64,000 nt of DNA from Candidatus Parcubacteria bacterium (GTDB lineage: Bacteria > Patescibacteriota > Patescibacteriia > Patescibacteriales > UBA12465): contig AP029158.1 of assembly GCA_037076615.1 (NCBI GenBank), positions 636,299 through 700,298 of the forward strand, in the 5' to 3' direction. Positions within the stretch are counted from its first letter, which is position 1. Every line of letters begins with the position of its first letter. The position numbers and the translations under genes were made by a program. Positions 53,902 to 63,692 of this stretch are shown here, piece by piece. Below the pieces are notes generated by a model. That model saw only the letters and a list, made by a program, of their open reading frames with translations, had not been told where the DNA came from and did no database searches.

Positions 53902-54324
53902 TTATTTTTTTTGGTAAATTCTTAGCTCTCGCCCCGTGGCCGTATTTTTAAATTTAATTTTTATTGCGCCGCGCGGCTTTAAATCAACAACCAGGTCGGC
54001 CCATTCAATCACCGTGACGGTTGTGGGTGAATTTAAGTAGTCTTTAATTCCTAGATCTAATAAATCTTGAACGGACTGTAGGCGGTAAGCATCAACATGA
54101 CAAAGGCTAAGGCGCCGCCCCTCATAAATCTTCATAATATTAAAGGTCGGACTAGTGACAACGCTCTTAACACCCAAGCCGCGGGCCAACCCCTTAGTTA
54201 AGTAGGTTTTACCAGCCCCCAATTCGCCCACTAATAAAAAAACCTCGCCCCCACGACAAGCCGCTCCCAGGCGTCGCCCCAAAGATTCTGTCTCCTCGGG
54301 GGTTTTGGTGATTATTTTCTCCAT
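53902..54324 (-). CDS. tsaE: tRNA t6A biosynthesis ATPase TsaE
   Basis: LVGELGAGKTYLTKG, SPTFNIM, HVDAYR motifs. Confidence 0.9.
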   Translation of the reverse strand: MEKIITKTPEETESLGRRLGAACRGGEVFLLVGELGAGKTYLTKGLARGLGVKSVVTSPTFNIMKIYEGRRLSLCHVDAYRLQSVQDLLDLGIKDYLNSPTTVTVIEWADLVVDLKPRGAIKIKFKNTATGRELRIYQKK

Positions 54325-54375
54325 AACTAATGTTACTTTTATAAATAGTCTCTGTCTATTATAATAGAATAAGTT

Positions 54376-54921
54376 ATGGCCAGCAACTTTAATTCAACCA
54401 CGACCACCGCCGCTTTTGACAAGCTGTATGCGGATTATATTGAAGCTATTTATAACTTCTTGTTTTATAAAACTTTAAACCGCGAGACGGCCGCTGACTT
54501 AACCCAAGAAGTATTTTTAAAAGCTTGGCGGGGCTTAGAAAAAACTCAAGTTAAAAATCCTAAGGCCTGGCTCTACACTATCAGCCGCCACGCCGTGGCT
54601 GATTACTACAAAAAATTGAAGCCCCAAGCAAATATCGATGACTTCTGGGACTTGGCTGATTCTAACGACCTCTTAGAAAAAATCGATCAGAAATTAGCAG
54701 GAGAGAAAGTTGTTTGGGCTTTAAAAAATTTATCGAGCAGTGACCGCGACCTTCTAATTATGCGCTTTTGGTTGGACTTACCCTTTGCCGAAATCGCGCT
54801 TCACTTAAATAAGAAAGAAGGAGCGGTTAAAATGGCTTGTGTGCGCGCCCTTAAAAAAATGCAAGCCGAAGTGCCGCTTATTTGCTTCTTGCTCTTAGCG
54901 ACCCAACTATCAAATCTATGA
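54376..54921 (+). CDS. ECF-type RNA polymerase sigma factor
   Basis: Region 2 (DLTQEVFLKAW) and region 4 (LPFAEIALHLNKKEGAVKMACVRALKKM). Confidence 0.88.
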   Translation: MASNFNSTTTTAAFDKLYADYIEAIYNFLFYKTLNRETAADLTQEVFLKAWRGLEKTQVKNPKAWLYTISRHAVADYYKKLKPQANIDDFWDLADSNDLLEKIDQKLAGEKVVWALKNLSSSDRDLLIMRFWLDLPFAEIALHLNKKEGAVKMACVRALKKMQAEVPLICFLLLATQLSNL

Positions 54922-56534
54922 CTACAAAAAAAATAAGCCAGTGGTTGGAAGAATTATATGAATTTGACCCAAGCCTAAAAGAACACGAAACGGCTTTACG
55001 CCAATTAATCCCTCAAATGATTGCCGCTAAGCCTGAATCTGGTTTTAGCCCTGAATTAGCTCAACAAATTAAAACTCGCCTCGAGCGGGATCTTAAAAAA
55101 CTTAATTATAAATCTATGCCCGAGAAAAGACTGCCTATTTGGCGACCAATCTTAGTTTGGTCAACCGGGGTAATGGCGATGCTATTTTTAGCCATCACTA
55201 TCTACCAAATTGTGCCTAGCGATAACATTCAGCGAGCACAAAAAAGTCCAGAAAACGGAATTAAGAAAGTAGCCGCCGCCGCTTTTGGCCCCTTAAACTC
55301 CCAAGGGGTTGGCGTTAATGAATCAAGGACCGCTGCCGGTTTAGGTGGCGGTGCTAATAATGTTAACCAAAGCGTCACAATGACAAAAGAGTTATCAATC
55401 ACCGCCTCTGATTCCTCAGTTAGTACAACGGTTTCTGTTGACACTTTAGAAGCGGACACCTTAGCTCCAGTGAATGCCGTAGGGATGGGCGGTGATGGCA
55501 CAGAATTTGTCCAAGAAAAAATGGTAATTATGCCGATTACTAATTACCGCTTTAGCTACCAAGGCGAACCTTTGGACTTAAGTAATATTAGTAATACTGT
55601 TTATAAGCGCCTCAAAAGCCAAAATGGTTTTGCTGTCGCTAGCTTGCTCAGCGGTCTAGCAATTGATGCTGTTAATTTAAGCTCTTTCAGTAATCTTAAA
55701 GCTACTTATGTCTCTTTAGCTGAAGATAAACCCTTTGGTTTAACCGCTTCCTTTGATTTTAATGAAGATTCCGTTTCCCTTTATTCAAATTGGGAAAAAT
55801 GGCAGAACCCTGAAAGAGAGAACTGCCAGGACCAAGCCTGTTGGGACCGCTTCCGAGTTAGATATGAAGACATCCCGGAAGATTCGGTCGCTATCGCTGC
55901 TACTAATGAATTCTTGAGTAATCTTGGCATTGATCTTAATCGTTATGGCCAGCCGAGTGTTAATAATTACTGGCGCCAGTGGTACGATCAAGCTGAGGAT
56001 AAGGCTAATTATTATTTTTCAGAAACAGTAAGCGTCACCTACCCTCTATTGATTGAGGGGCAAGAGGTGAGTGGATCATCTGGTGAACCTGATGGTCTTT
56101 GGGTTAGTTACAATATTTTAGAAAAGCGAGTTTCTGATGCTGGTGCTTTTACTCCCTATAATTACGAAGCTTCGGAATACACAACCGAGACTAGCACCGA
56201 CCGTCTAATTGGCTTAGCTGAAGCCGGCGGCTGGAATCAATATGGTTATTACTTTAACGAAGGCATGGAAGGTGTAGAGGTGGTTAATAAGGAATTAGGC
56301 TTAGGCACTCCCCGCCAAGGGCTGATTCGTTTCTGGAGCTACCAAAATAATGTCAGCCAAGAATTATTTGCCCCGGCTTTAATCTTCCCCGTTCTTGATG
56401 CTCCGGCCGATTACTATGGCTCAAAAAATATTATTGTCCCTCTAACTCAAGATCTGATTAATGAGTTAGAACAAAGAAACAATCAAAATAATGTGGGAAT
56501 AATGTCGACGTCAGTAAGTGCTTTTGCTCGCTAA
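54918..56534 (+). CDS. single-pass membrane protein coupled to the ECF sigma gene (possible anti-sigma factor)
   Basis: ATGA start/stop overlap with the sigma gene; short cytoplasmic N-terminus, one TM (ILVWSTGVMAMLFLAITIY), large external domain. Confidence 0.45.
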   Translation: MTTKKISQWLEELYEFDPSLKEHETALRQLIPQMIAAKPESGFSPELAQQIKTRLERDLKKLNYKSMPEKRLPIWRPILVWSTGVMAMLFLAITIYQIVPSDNIQRAQKSPENGIKKVAAAAFGPLNSQGVGVNESRTAAGLGGGANNVNQSVTMTKELSITASDSSVSTTVSVDTLEADTLAPVNAVGMGGDGTEFVQEKMVIMPITNYRFSYQGEPLDLSNISNTVYKRLKSQNGFAVASLLSGLAIDAVNLSSFSNLKATYVSLAEDKPFGLTASFDFNEDSVSLYSNWEKWQNPERENCQDQACWDRFRVRYEDIPEDSVAIAATNEFLSNLGIDLNRYGQPSVNNYWRQWYDQAEDKANYYFSETVSVTYPLLIEGQEVSGSSGEPDGLWVSYNILEKRVSDAGAFTPYNYEASEYTTETSTDRLIGLAEAGGWNQYGYYFNEGMEGVEVVNKELGLGTPRQGLIRFWSYQNNVSQELFAPALIFPVLDAPADYYGSKNIIVPLTQDLINELEQRNNQNNVGIMSTSVSAFAR

Positions 56535-56590
56535 AAGGTAATAGAAAAATACAAAAAAAGACAGATTAATAATCTGTCTTTTTTTAGAGG

Positions 56591-56664
56591 TGGGCGCACA
56601 AGGACTCGAACCCTGGACCCCTTCGGTGTAAACGAAGTGCTCTAACCAACTGAGCTATGCGCCC
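56591..56664 (-). tRNA. tRNA-Val (anticodon UAC)
   Basis: Minus strand GGGCGCATAGCTCAGTTGGTTAGAGC..., anticodon stem CTTCG/CGAAG, loop TTTACAC. Confidence 0.88.
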
Positions 56665-56675
56665 TTAAATAAGGG

Positions 56676-56759
56676 TGGGCGAAAGAGGACTTGAACCTCC
56701 ACGGCCTTGCGGCCACAAGCCCCTCAAGCTTGCGTGTCTACCAGTTCCACCATCCGCCC
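56676..56759 (-). tRNA. tRNA-Leu (anticodon GAG), class II
   Basis: Acceptor GGGCGGA/TTCGCCC, anticodon stem CAAGC/GCTTG, loop TTGAGGG, long variable arm TGGCCGCAAGGCCGT. Confidence 0.85.
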
Positions 56760-56782
56760 CCTCGCCCTTCTCTTATTAAAAA

Positions 56783-57142
56783 TTAGCGAAGGGTTGTTTC
56801 CTTTAACTTTTTCTTATAAGGCTTCTTTAGGTAATTCAATTTAGCCCGATTAACTTTAGCGATTTTTTTCACCTCAATTTTTGTAATCGTCGGTAAGTTA
56901 AGTGGGAAAATCTTTTCTACGCCAACGCCATCAGAAACTTTACGCACGGTAATTGTCGCTCCTTTTTCCTTCTGGTGTTTACGCGCAATAATAATACCCT
57001 CAAAATACTGAACGCGCTCTTTCTCTTCACCTTTAGAATTAAGTTCTTTAATTTTTTGATATACCCGAACCGTCATTCCCGGTTTCAGTTCTAAATCTTG
57101 CTCCATCGCCTTCTCGGCTAAGGTCGCCTTTTTTTCTGCCAT
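56783..57142 (-). CDS. rplS: 50S ribosomal protein L19
   Basis: VRVYQKIKE...[14 protein letters not shown]...[21 protein letters not shown]. Confidence 0.92.
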   Translation of the reverse strand: MAEKKATLAEKAMEQDLELKPGMTVRVYQKIKELNSKGEEKERVQYFEGIIIARKHQKEKGATITVRKVSDGVGVEKIFPLNLPTITKIEVKKIAKVNRAKLNYLKKPYKKKLKETTLR

Positions 57143-57211
57143 ATTGCTTAAAATTAGAAACGAAGCTAGTGAGCCTCGCTTTGATTTTACAACTTAAAAT
57201 CTCGCTTTATC

Positions 57212-57793
57212 TTATAATTTACCGTTTGAATTGTCAATGCCTGCTCTTTGGGCCTGTTCTTTTTTTATTAGAGTGCAAACCTCAGCAAAAACCTCAGCTT
57301 CATTTAAATTAGTGGTATCCACAACATAGTCGAAATTATCGGGATTATAAGCATCAATGCCAAAATATTTCTGATACCGAGTTTGATCGCTGAGCTGGCG
57401 GCGACGAGTGCTTGCCAAAACTTCTTCTAGGGTGGACATTTTATCATCTTCGCCTTGGCGCTGAGCTAAAAGAATGCGGCGTGCCCCCTCGTTTTCCTCT
57501 ACCTTTAGGAAAATTTTTAAAGAATGGGGAATAAAATACCAAGAAGTTCGCCCCTCAATGATAAAATTATCCTCGGTTTGGCCAAGCTTCTTCTGGTATT
57601 CATCCACCTCCAAGTCAGTTACCGGATCTGTTTCTCCTAGCTTATTATATTCAGCCAAGGTTAAGCCACGCCGTGCGGCCGCTTCTCGCCTTAAGCCGCC
57701 CATATAATAACGAGGCCACCCTAAAGTGGCGGCTAATTTTTCCGCTAAAACACTTTTTCCTGAACCCTGATTCCCGCTTAAAGAAATAATCAT
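57212..57793 (-). CDS. cytidylate kinase-like (archaeal-type CMP kinase family) P-loop kinase
   Basis: MIISLSGNQGSGKS P-loop; overall NMP-kinase length and layout. Confidence 0.65.
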   Translation of the reverse strand: MIISLSGNQGSGKSVLAEKLAATLGWPRYYMGGLRREAAARRGLTLAEYNKLGETDPVTDLEVDEYQKKLGQTEDNFIIEGRTSWYFIPHSLKIFLKVEENEGARRILLAQRQGEDDKMSTLEEVLASTRRRQLSDQTRYQKYFGIDAYNPDNFDYVVDTTNLNEAEVFAEVCTLIKKEQAQRAGIDNSNGKL

Positions 57794-57882
57794 GTTGTCT
57801 TTTGCTTAATAAAAGTCTATTATATTATAAGCTAAGCCGGCTCTAGATGCAAAGGAGTGGCCGGAATTTTCTTTTTTTTATT

Positions 57883-60800
57883 ATGTATTTAGAAAAATTA
57901 GACATTCAAGGTTTTAAATCTTTTGCGAACAAAAACTCCCTGGTTTTTCCGGGAATCATCTCTGGTTCTAAGCGCGGCCTCACCTCAATTGTTGGCCCTA
58001 ATGGCTCAGGAAAATCAAATATCGCTGACGCTGTCCGCTGGGTTTTGGGCGAACAAAGCCTAAAAACCTTACGTGGTAAAAAAAGTGAGGATGTTATTTT
58101 TTCTGGCTCTGATAAAAAAAGCCAGCTCAGCTTTGCCGAAGTTTCCCTAATTTTAAATAATGAAGATCTTAAAACACGGCCAATTTTTGACAAAGAAATT
58201 GCTGCCGACACTAAAGAAGAGGTCACTCCTTTAAATTTTGATATTGTTCGGGAGTTCCTAAAGTCTCCTAAAATTACTATTACCCGACGCCTGTTTAGAA
58301 GTGGGGAGAGCGAATACTTAATTAATGGTAAGCGCGTTCGTCTGGCTGACGTCCAAATGTTGCTCGCTAAAGCTAATGTCGGTCAAAAAACTTATAGTAT
58401 TATTGGCCAAGGCATGGTTGAAAATTTTTTAAACACCAGTGCCAGCGAGCGAAAAGATTTTTTTGACGAAGCGACCGGAATTAAAGAGTTTCAAATTAAA
58501 CGCGATTTATCTATTAATAAACTAGAAGGAAGCTACGAGAACTTACAGCAAGTAGAGATGCTTTTAACGGAAATTAGACCGCGATTAAAAAGTCTAACTC
58601 GCCAAGTTGATAAATTAAAACGTCGCGATGAGCTGGAAATTGAATTAAATAGCCACCAATTAAATTATTACGGTTATCTCTATAAAGAAGCGGAACAAAA
58701 GCTCAAAGAAGCAAATACTAATTACTTAAAATTAGAAAAAGAGCGCTTTAATGAGAATGACCGCCTGGCGGAATTGGAAAAAACTATTGAAGAGATGCGC
58801 GCCAGCACTGACCGCCAAGAACTTAAGGCCTGGCAACTTGAATTAGCTGACTATCAAAAAGCGAAGGATCAGTCCTGGCGTGAATTAATGAAACTCCAAG
58901 CCGAGCTTGAACATCAGTTAGACGCTCAAGGTCAATATGATATTTCGTGGCTAAAAACTAAAGACCAAGATTTGGCCACTACCATTAGCGCTGCCCAAGA
59001 AGAATTAAAATCTTTACCTTTAAGCTCAACCGCTGAAGCTGTGGCGACCAGCCAAGAAGAATTAGTTTTAATAAACAAGGAACTCGCCGCGGCTAAAGAA
59101 GCCCTTAGCGCTGTTAAAAAACAAGAGGCCGAAAAAAGCCGTTGCTTACAAGAAATTGCCCGCCTAGATGCCGTTTTACAGGTCAGCCGAGAATTTCTAA
59201 ATTTTGATCCGAAACTTAAAGCCGAAGAAAAAAATACTCTCACCAAAATAGTTTTTGATTGCGATGTTTTACTCAAAGAGGCTGAGGCTGAAGTGGCGCG
59301 CCTAAAAGATGAGGAGAGGGGAGCGAGTGAAAAAATTAACTCCTTAAATAATTCCCTCAACGAAACGCGCGCCGAAGTGGAGCGCCTAAAAAATAAATTA
59401 AAACAAAGCGAATTAAAAAGCGGCAAAGCCGTAATTAGTGCTGCCGTTGATCGCTTTCTTGAAGAGTTAGAACAATTAGAAGAGGAGACTGATAGTAGTC
59501 GTCTTAAATCTAGACTAAAAGAGAGTCAAGAAAAGTTCACGGCCGAGATTAAAGAAATTTTAGATTACGGTGCGGAAGCGGAAGCTGAACAATTAAAAGA
59601 TTTACAAGAACGCTTAATTACTTTGGGGCAAGAAAAACAGGTGGCGAGCGACTCTTTAATGGATTGCCGCCTTAAAGTTGCGGCCGCCGAAGAAAAATGG
59701 CGCTTAGCGGTTTCTGCCCACAAAGACGCGGAACGAAATTTAAAAAATAATCAAGAAGAAATAACGAAAGCCCAAGAAGCGCAAGATGAAGCCAGTTCAG
59801 CGGAAGAAAAAAAAGATTTACTAATCAGGGAGGCGGAAGCCTTAGAGCAAAAGATAAAAACCGTTTACGCGGCTGATAATTCTCAAATTCTCGAGGAGAG
59901 TCAGCGGGAAGCGGAAAAGCGCTTAAACGCTAAGCACTTGGAATTAAATTCTTTAAACGAAAAAAAACGCTTACTAACCACCCGCTTAGAAAGTCTGACC
60001 TACGAACAAACAGAAATTCAAAATAAGCTTAAGCGCAGCGAAATAAAATTTGATGCCACCGAACTGGAGAAAAAAATGGCCAGCGTTCAATTAGAAATTG
60101 GCCAGAGCCAAGAAAAAATTACTGCTGTTCAGGAAAAAATAAAAGTCTATACCGACGCTAAAGAGGCGGAAACGGCTCAACTTTTTAAACTCCAACGTCA
60201 AGCTGATGAAAAGCACCGCCTCGTTAATCGTCTAGCGGCAGAGCTAAACGATTGGCGTGTCGTCGCCGCTAAAGAAGAGACTCGCCTGGAAAACTTGGAG
60301 AGTAATATTCGCGATGCGGACCTAGATTTACTGCTTATTAAAAACCATGTTTTAGAAACTGAAGAAATTGAATTAGAGCGCTGGCGGGAAAGAATAAATC
60401 AACTTCAAAATCAATTAGAATTAATTGGCGGTATTGACCCAGAAACAGAAACTGAATTTAATCAAACTAAAGAGCGCTTTGATTTTTTAAGCGCGCAGAC
60501 GGCCGATTTAAACCAAGCCATTCTTTCTTTAGAAAAAATTATTACCGAATTAGACACCAACATCAAAGAGCGCTTTGATCAAGAATTCGCCATCATTTCC
60601 GAGAAATTTAGTGACTATTTTAAAATTTTATTTAACGGTGGCGACGCTAAGATCTTTAAATTATCAGAACCAGAAACTCCGACAACTGGAGAGGAAAACT
60701 CTAGCCAAAGCCTGAGCGAACAGAATCTCCGTAAAGTTAAACGGTTAAAAAGAAATAACTCTTTAGGTTTATCTGGAATTGAAGTTCAGGCCACCCCGCC

Positions 60801-61122
60801 CGGAAAAAAAATTAAAACCGTTTCCATGCTTTCTGGTGGCGAACGCGCCTTAACGGCCATTGCTTTAATTTGCGCTATTATTAGCGCTAACCCTTCGCCC
60901 TTTGTGATTTTAGATGAAGTTGATGCCGCCTTAGATGAAGCTAATTCCGAGCGCTTAGCCCAAATTTTAGACGATCTCTCTAATCAAACCCAATTCATTG
61001 TTATTACTCATAATCGCGCCTCAATGAAACGCTCTCAAGTTTTATACGGCGTTACGATGCAAGCTGATGGTGTCAGCCAACTCCTTAGTGTTAAGCTGGA
61101 AGAGGCTCCACTTCCTCAGTAA
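57883..61122 (+). CDS. smc: chromosome segregation protein SMC
   Basis: MYLEKLDIQGFKSF...GPNGSGKSNI head, long coiled coils, hinge region, C-terminal LSGGERALTAIALI signature and ILDEVDAALD; the ATG at 57883 is preferred over 57847. Confidence 0.92.
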   Translation: MYLEKLDIQGFKSFANKNSLVFPGIISGSKRGLTSIVGPNGSGKSNIADAVRWVLGEQSLKTLRGKKSEDVIFSGSDKKSQLSFAEVSLILNNEDLKTRPIFDKEIAADTKEEVTPLNFDIVREFLKSPKITITRRLFRSGESEYLINGKRVRLADVQMLLAKANVGQKTYSIIGQGMVENFLNTSASERKDFFDEATGIKEFQIKRDLSINKLEGSYENLQQVEMLLTEIRPRLKSLTRQVDKLKRRDELEIELNSHQLNYYGYLYKEAEQKLKEANTNYLKLEKERFNENDRLAELEKTIEEMRASTDRQELKAWQLELADYQKAKDQSWRELMKLQAELEHQLDAQGQYDISWLKTKDQDLATTISAAQEELKSLPLSSTAEAVATSQEELVLINKELAAAKEALSAVKKQEAEKSRCLQEIARLDAVLQVSREFLNFDPKLKAEEKNTLTKIVFDCDVLLKEAEAEVARLKDEERGASEKINSLNNSLNETRAEVERLKNKLKQSELKSGKAVISAAVDRFLEELEQLEEETDSSRLKSRLKESQEKFTAEIKEILDYGAEAEAEQLKDLQERLITLGQEKQVASDSLMDCRLKVAAAEEKWRLAVSAHKDAERNLKNNQEEITKAQEAQDEASSAEEKKDLLIREAEALEQKIKTVYAADNSQILEESQREAEKRLNAKHLELNSLNEKKRLLTTRLESLTYEQTEIQNKLKRSEIKFDATELEKKMASVQLEIGQSQEKITAVQEKIKVYTDAKEAETAQLFKLQRQADEKHRLVNRLAAELNDWRVVAAKEETRLENLESNIRDADLDLLLIKNHVLETEEIELERWRERINQLQNQLELIGGIDPETETEFNQTKERFDFLSAQTADLNQAILSLEKIITELDTNIKERFDQEFAIISEKFSDYFKILFNGGDAKIFKLSEPETPTTGEENSSQSLSEQNLRKVKRLKRNNSLGLSGIEVQATPPGKKIKTVSMLSGGERALTAIALICAIISANPSPFVILDEVDAALDEANSERLAQILDDLSNQTQFIVITHNRASMKRSQVLYGVTMQADGVSQLLSVKLEEAPLPQ

Positions 61123-61142
61123 TAAAAAATAATTCTATTTTT

Positions 61143-61170
61143 AAAGAGCGCTACCGGTAGCGCTCTTTTT
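61143..61170 (+). terminator. terminator after smc
   Basis: AAAGAGCGCTACCGGTAGCGCTCTTT palindrome plus T's. Confidence 0.7.
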
Positions 61171-61233
61171 AATTTTAGCATTTTTTTGTTATAATGATTA
61201 TGTTTAAGCGACTACTAATCGCGTTTTGATTTT

Positions 61234-62604
61234 ATGTTGAAAAAACCTCTTTTGCTCGCCTGTTTATTAATCTTTTTTGTCGGGGCCGGCTTCGGCTGTC
61301 AAACAAAAATCGACGAAGCAACCTTAAAAGCTTCCGAGCCAATCAAAATTGTCTTCTGGCAAGCCTTTGATGATTCCGATGCTTTTTCGGAAGCAATTAA
61401 AAAGTACCAAGAGCTACACCCCAACGTCACCATTGAGTATAAAAAATTCCGTTACGAGGAGTATGAGAGTCAACTTTTAAACGCTTGGGCGGAGGACCGG
61501 GGGCCAGATATTTTTGCCATCCATAATACTTGGGTCAAAAAATACCAAACAAAAATTACCCCCTTACCAGAATACACTTCAATTGCCTTTTTCGTAGAAA
61601 GCACGGGGTTTAAAAAAGAACTGGTTCCGGAGTTAAGAAGTATTAGAAGTTTAAGCACGCGAGAGATTAAAAATAATTTTGCCGATGTTGTGGCTGTAGA
61701 CGCAATTTTAGAAGATGGCTTAATTTACGGCTTACCCTTATCAGTTGACACCCTAGCTCTCTACTACAATCGCGATTTACTAAACAGTGCTGGGATTGTG
61801 GAGCCGCCCCGTTATTGGAACCGAGAATTCCAGCAAGCTGTTAAAAAGATGACTAAACAGGATCCTAAAAAAGGTTTAATTCAATCCGGAATCGCTTTAG
61901 GAACGGCGAATAATATTAATCGGGCCAGCGACATTTTAGCAGTCTTAATGTTGCAAAATGGCGCCACCATAATTGATAACAACCGAGTCGTCTTTAACCA
62001 AGTCCCTCCTTATATTACTAGCGGCTACAACCCCGGACTCGAAGCCCTGCGTTTTTATACTGACTTTGCCAACCCCAACAAAGAAGTTTATTCCTGGAAC
62101 GCTGATCAAGCGAATGCCCTAGATGTCTTCACTAGTGGCAACCTGGCGATGATGCTTGGCTATTCTTTTAACTTGGAACAAATTCGTTCGCAAGCGCCAA
62201 AATTAAACTTTGGTGTCGCCAAGCTGCCACAAATAGAGGGTAACCAGCTCCAAATAAATATGGCCAATTATTGGCTCTTAACCGTTTCCAAAAAAAGTCA
62301 ACATAGTGATGTGGCCTGGGATTTTATCCAGTTTTTAACCAAAAAAGAAAACGCCGATGTTTACTTAGAAAAGACTGGCAAGCCAACCGCTTTAAAAGCT
62401 AGTATTAATGACCAGAAAAATGATGAATACCTTGGTCCTTTTGCCGAGCAAGTTTTAAGCGCTAAAAGTTGGTATCGCGGTTTTAGCGCTCAAGATGCCG
62501 AAGGGGCTATGGGAGAAATGATTAAAAACGCCTTAAATCCTAATTACGAGATAATGGACGTTCTAAGTGACGGGGCAATTAAAGTTCAACAAACGATCCG
62601 CTAA
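61234..62604 (+). CDS. ABC transporter extracellular solute-binding lipoprotein (family 1, sugar-type)
   Basis: Lipobox GAGFGC; SBP_bac_1-like pattern throughout. Confidence 0.75.
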   Translation: MLKKPLLLACLLIFFVGAGFGCQTKIDEATLKASEPIKIVFWQAFDDSDAFSEAIKKYQELHPNVTIEYKKFRYEEYESQLLNAWAEDRGPDIFAIHNTWVKKYQTKITPLPEYTSIAFFVESTGFKKELVPELRSIRSLSTREIKNNFADVVAVDAILEDGLIYGLPLSVDTLALYYNRDLLNSAGIVEPPRYWNREFQQAVKKMTKQDPKKGLIQSGIALGTANNINRASDILAVLMLQNGATIIDNNRVVFNQVPPYITSGYNPGLEALRFYTDFANPNKEVYSWNADQANALDVFTSGNLAMMLGYSFNLEQIRSQAPKLNFGVAKLPQIEGNQLQINMANYWLLTVSKKSQHSDVAWDFIQFLTKKENADVYLEKTGKPTALKASINDQKNDEYLGPFAEQVLSAKSWYRGFSAQDAEGAMGEMIKNALNPNYEIMDVLSDGAIKVQQTIR

Positions 62605-62608
62605 CCAT

Positions 62609-63007
62609 ATGAAGTTAAAAAAAATTATCCTTCCCCTTCTTGTTCTTGGACTTATAGTTATCAGTCCTGGTTTTACTCACGCCCAAAGCTTAGTTGATAC
62701 CACCGATCCGGCTTATGCGACCGGAGGTTACACCCTCGATCATGTGCGCAATTATTTAGTTTATTTAATGTATTTTATTTTAGGTCTCGTGGGCACTCTT
62801 TCCTTAGCGGCCTTTGTCTATGGTGGTATTGTTTTTTTAACTTCGGCTGGCTCCGATCAGAAAGTAAAGAAAGGGAAAGATATTTTAGGGGCAGCGGTAA
62901 TTGGTTTACTGATTGTCTTTTCCAGTGTTTTAATTATTCAAACCTTGTTTGACGGCTTAGGAGTCAAATGGGACTCCGCTAAAGGAACTTTTTCCAATAT
63001 AAAATAA
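62609..63007 (+). CDS. TrbC/VirB2-like pilin-type membrane protein
   Basis: Signal peptide ending in FTHAQS. Two hydrophobic helices flank LTSAGSDQKVKKGKD, as in T4SS pilin-like proteins. The ATG at 62609 is preferred over 62567. Confidence 0.45.
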   Translation: MKLKKIILPLLVLGLIVISPGFTHAQSLVDTTDPAYATGGYTLDHVRNYLVYLMYFILGLVGTLSLAAFVYGGIVFLTSAGSDQKVKKGKDILGAAVIGLLIVFSSVLIIQTLFDGLGVKWDSAKGTFSNIK

Positions 63008-63013
63008 AGGGTT

Positions 63014-63676
63014 ATGGCTGAATTTACCAGAAAATCCTTAAACAACAAAAGCAGCCTCGGGTCACGCTTAAGAGACGCTCGCGAGTTAAAACAAGCTGAC
63101 GCCGCTTTAGCCGCCAAAAAATTAGGTATCCGTTTAGAATATTTATTAGCCTTAGAGGAGGACCATTTTGACCGCTTGCCGGCCGGTTTATACGGCCGCA
63201 ACTATGTAAAGAAATATGGCCGTTGGTTGGGTTTTCCCAGCTCCGAAATCAATAAATGGTTACTTGAAAAAGAAAAGAATACTGCCCCAGGAGTCGATCC
63301 TTTTTCTCAAAAAATTGTCGCTAAAAAAGAGTTTGCCAATTTTCCCAAATTAATCCGCAACCTTGTTCTGGTTTTAATTCTTTTAGCTTTTCTGGGGTAC
63401 TTAGCTTTTTATCTAACTAGAATTGTTTCCGCCCCGGAATTAGTGGTTTTTGAACCGGCCAATAATTTAAAAACCACTAGCACTATTTGGGAAATTAGTG
63501 GGCGCAGTGAGCCGGAGGCCGAAATCAGAATTAACGGCGAAGAAGTGTTGAGTATGAAAAATGGCGATTTTTCTTTAGTGGTTAATTTAAAAAAGGGGTT
63601 GAATAATATTACTGTGAGTGCCAAAAAAAAGCATAGCAGTGAAGCTGTAGTTGAGCGCCAAATTTTAGTAGAATAA
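63014..63676 (+). CDS. RodZ-like protein (N-terminal HTH, one TM, extracytoplasmic Ig-like domain)
   Basis: LGSRLRDARE...LEYLLALEEDHFDRLPAGLYGRNYVKKY; TM LVLVLILLAFLGYLAFYL. Confidence 0.65.
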   Translation: MAEFTRKSLNNKSSLGSRLRDARELKQADAALAAKKLGIRLEYLLALEEDHFDRLPAGLYGRNYVKKYGRWLGFPSSEINKWLLEKEKNTAPGVDPFSQKIVAKKEFANFPKLIRNLVLVLILLAFLGYLAFYLTRIVSAPELVVFEPANNLKTTSTIWEISGRSEPEAEIRINGEEVLSMKNGDFSLVVNLKKGLNNITVSAKKKHSSEAVVERQILVE

Positions 63677-63692
63677 ATTAAATACTACTTAT

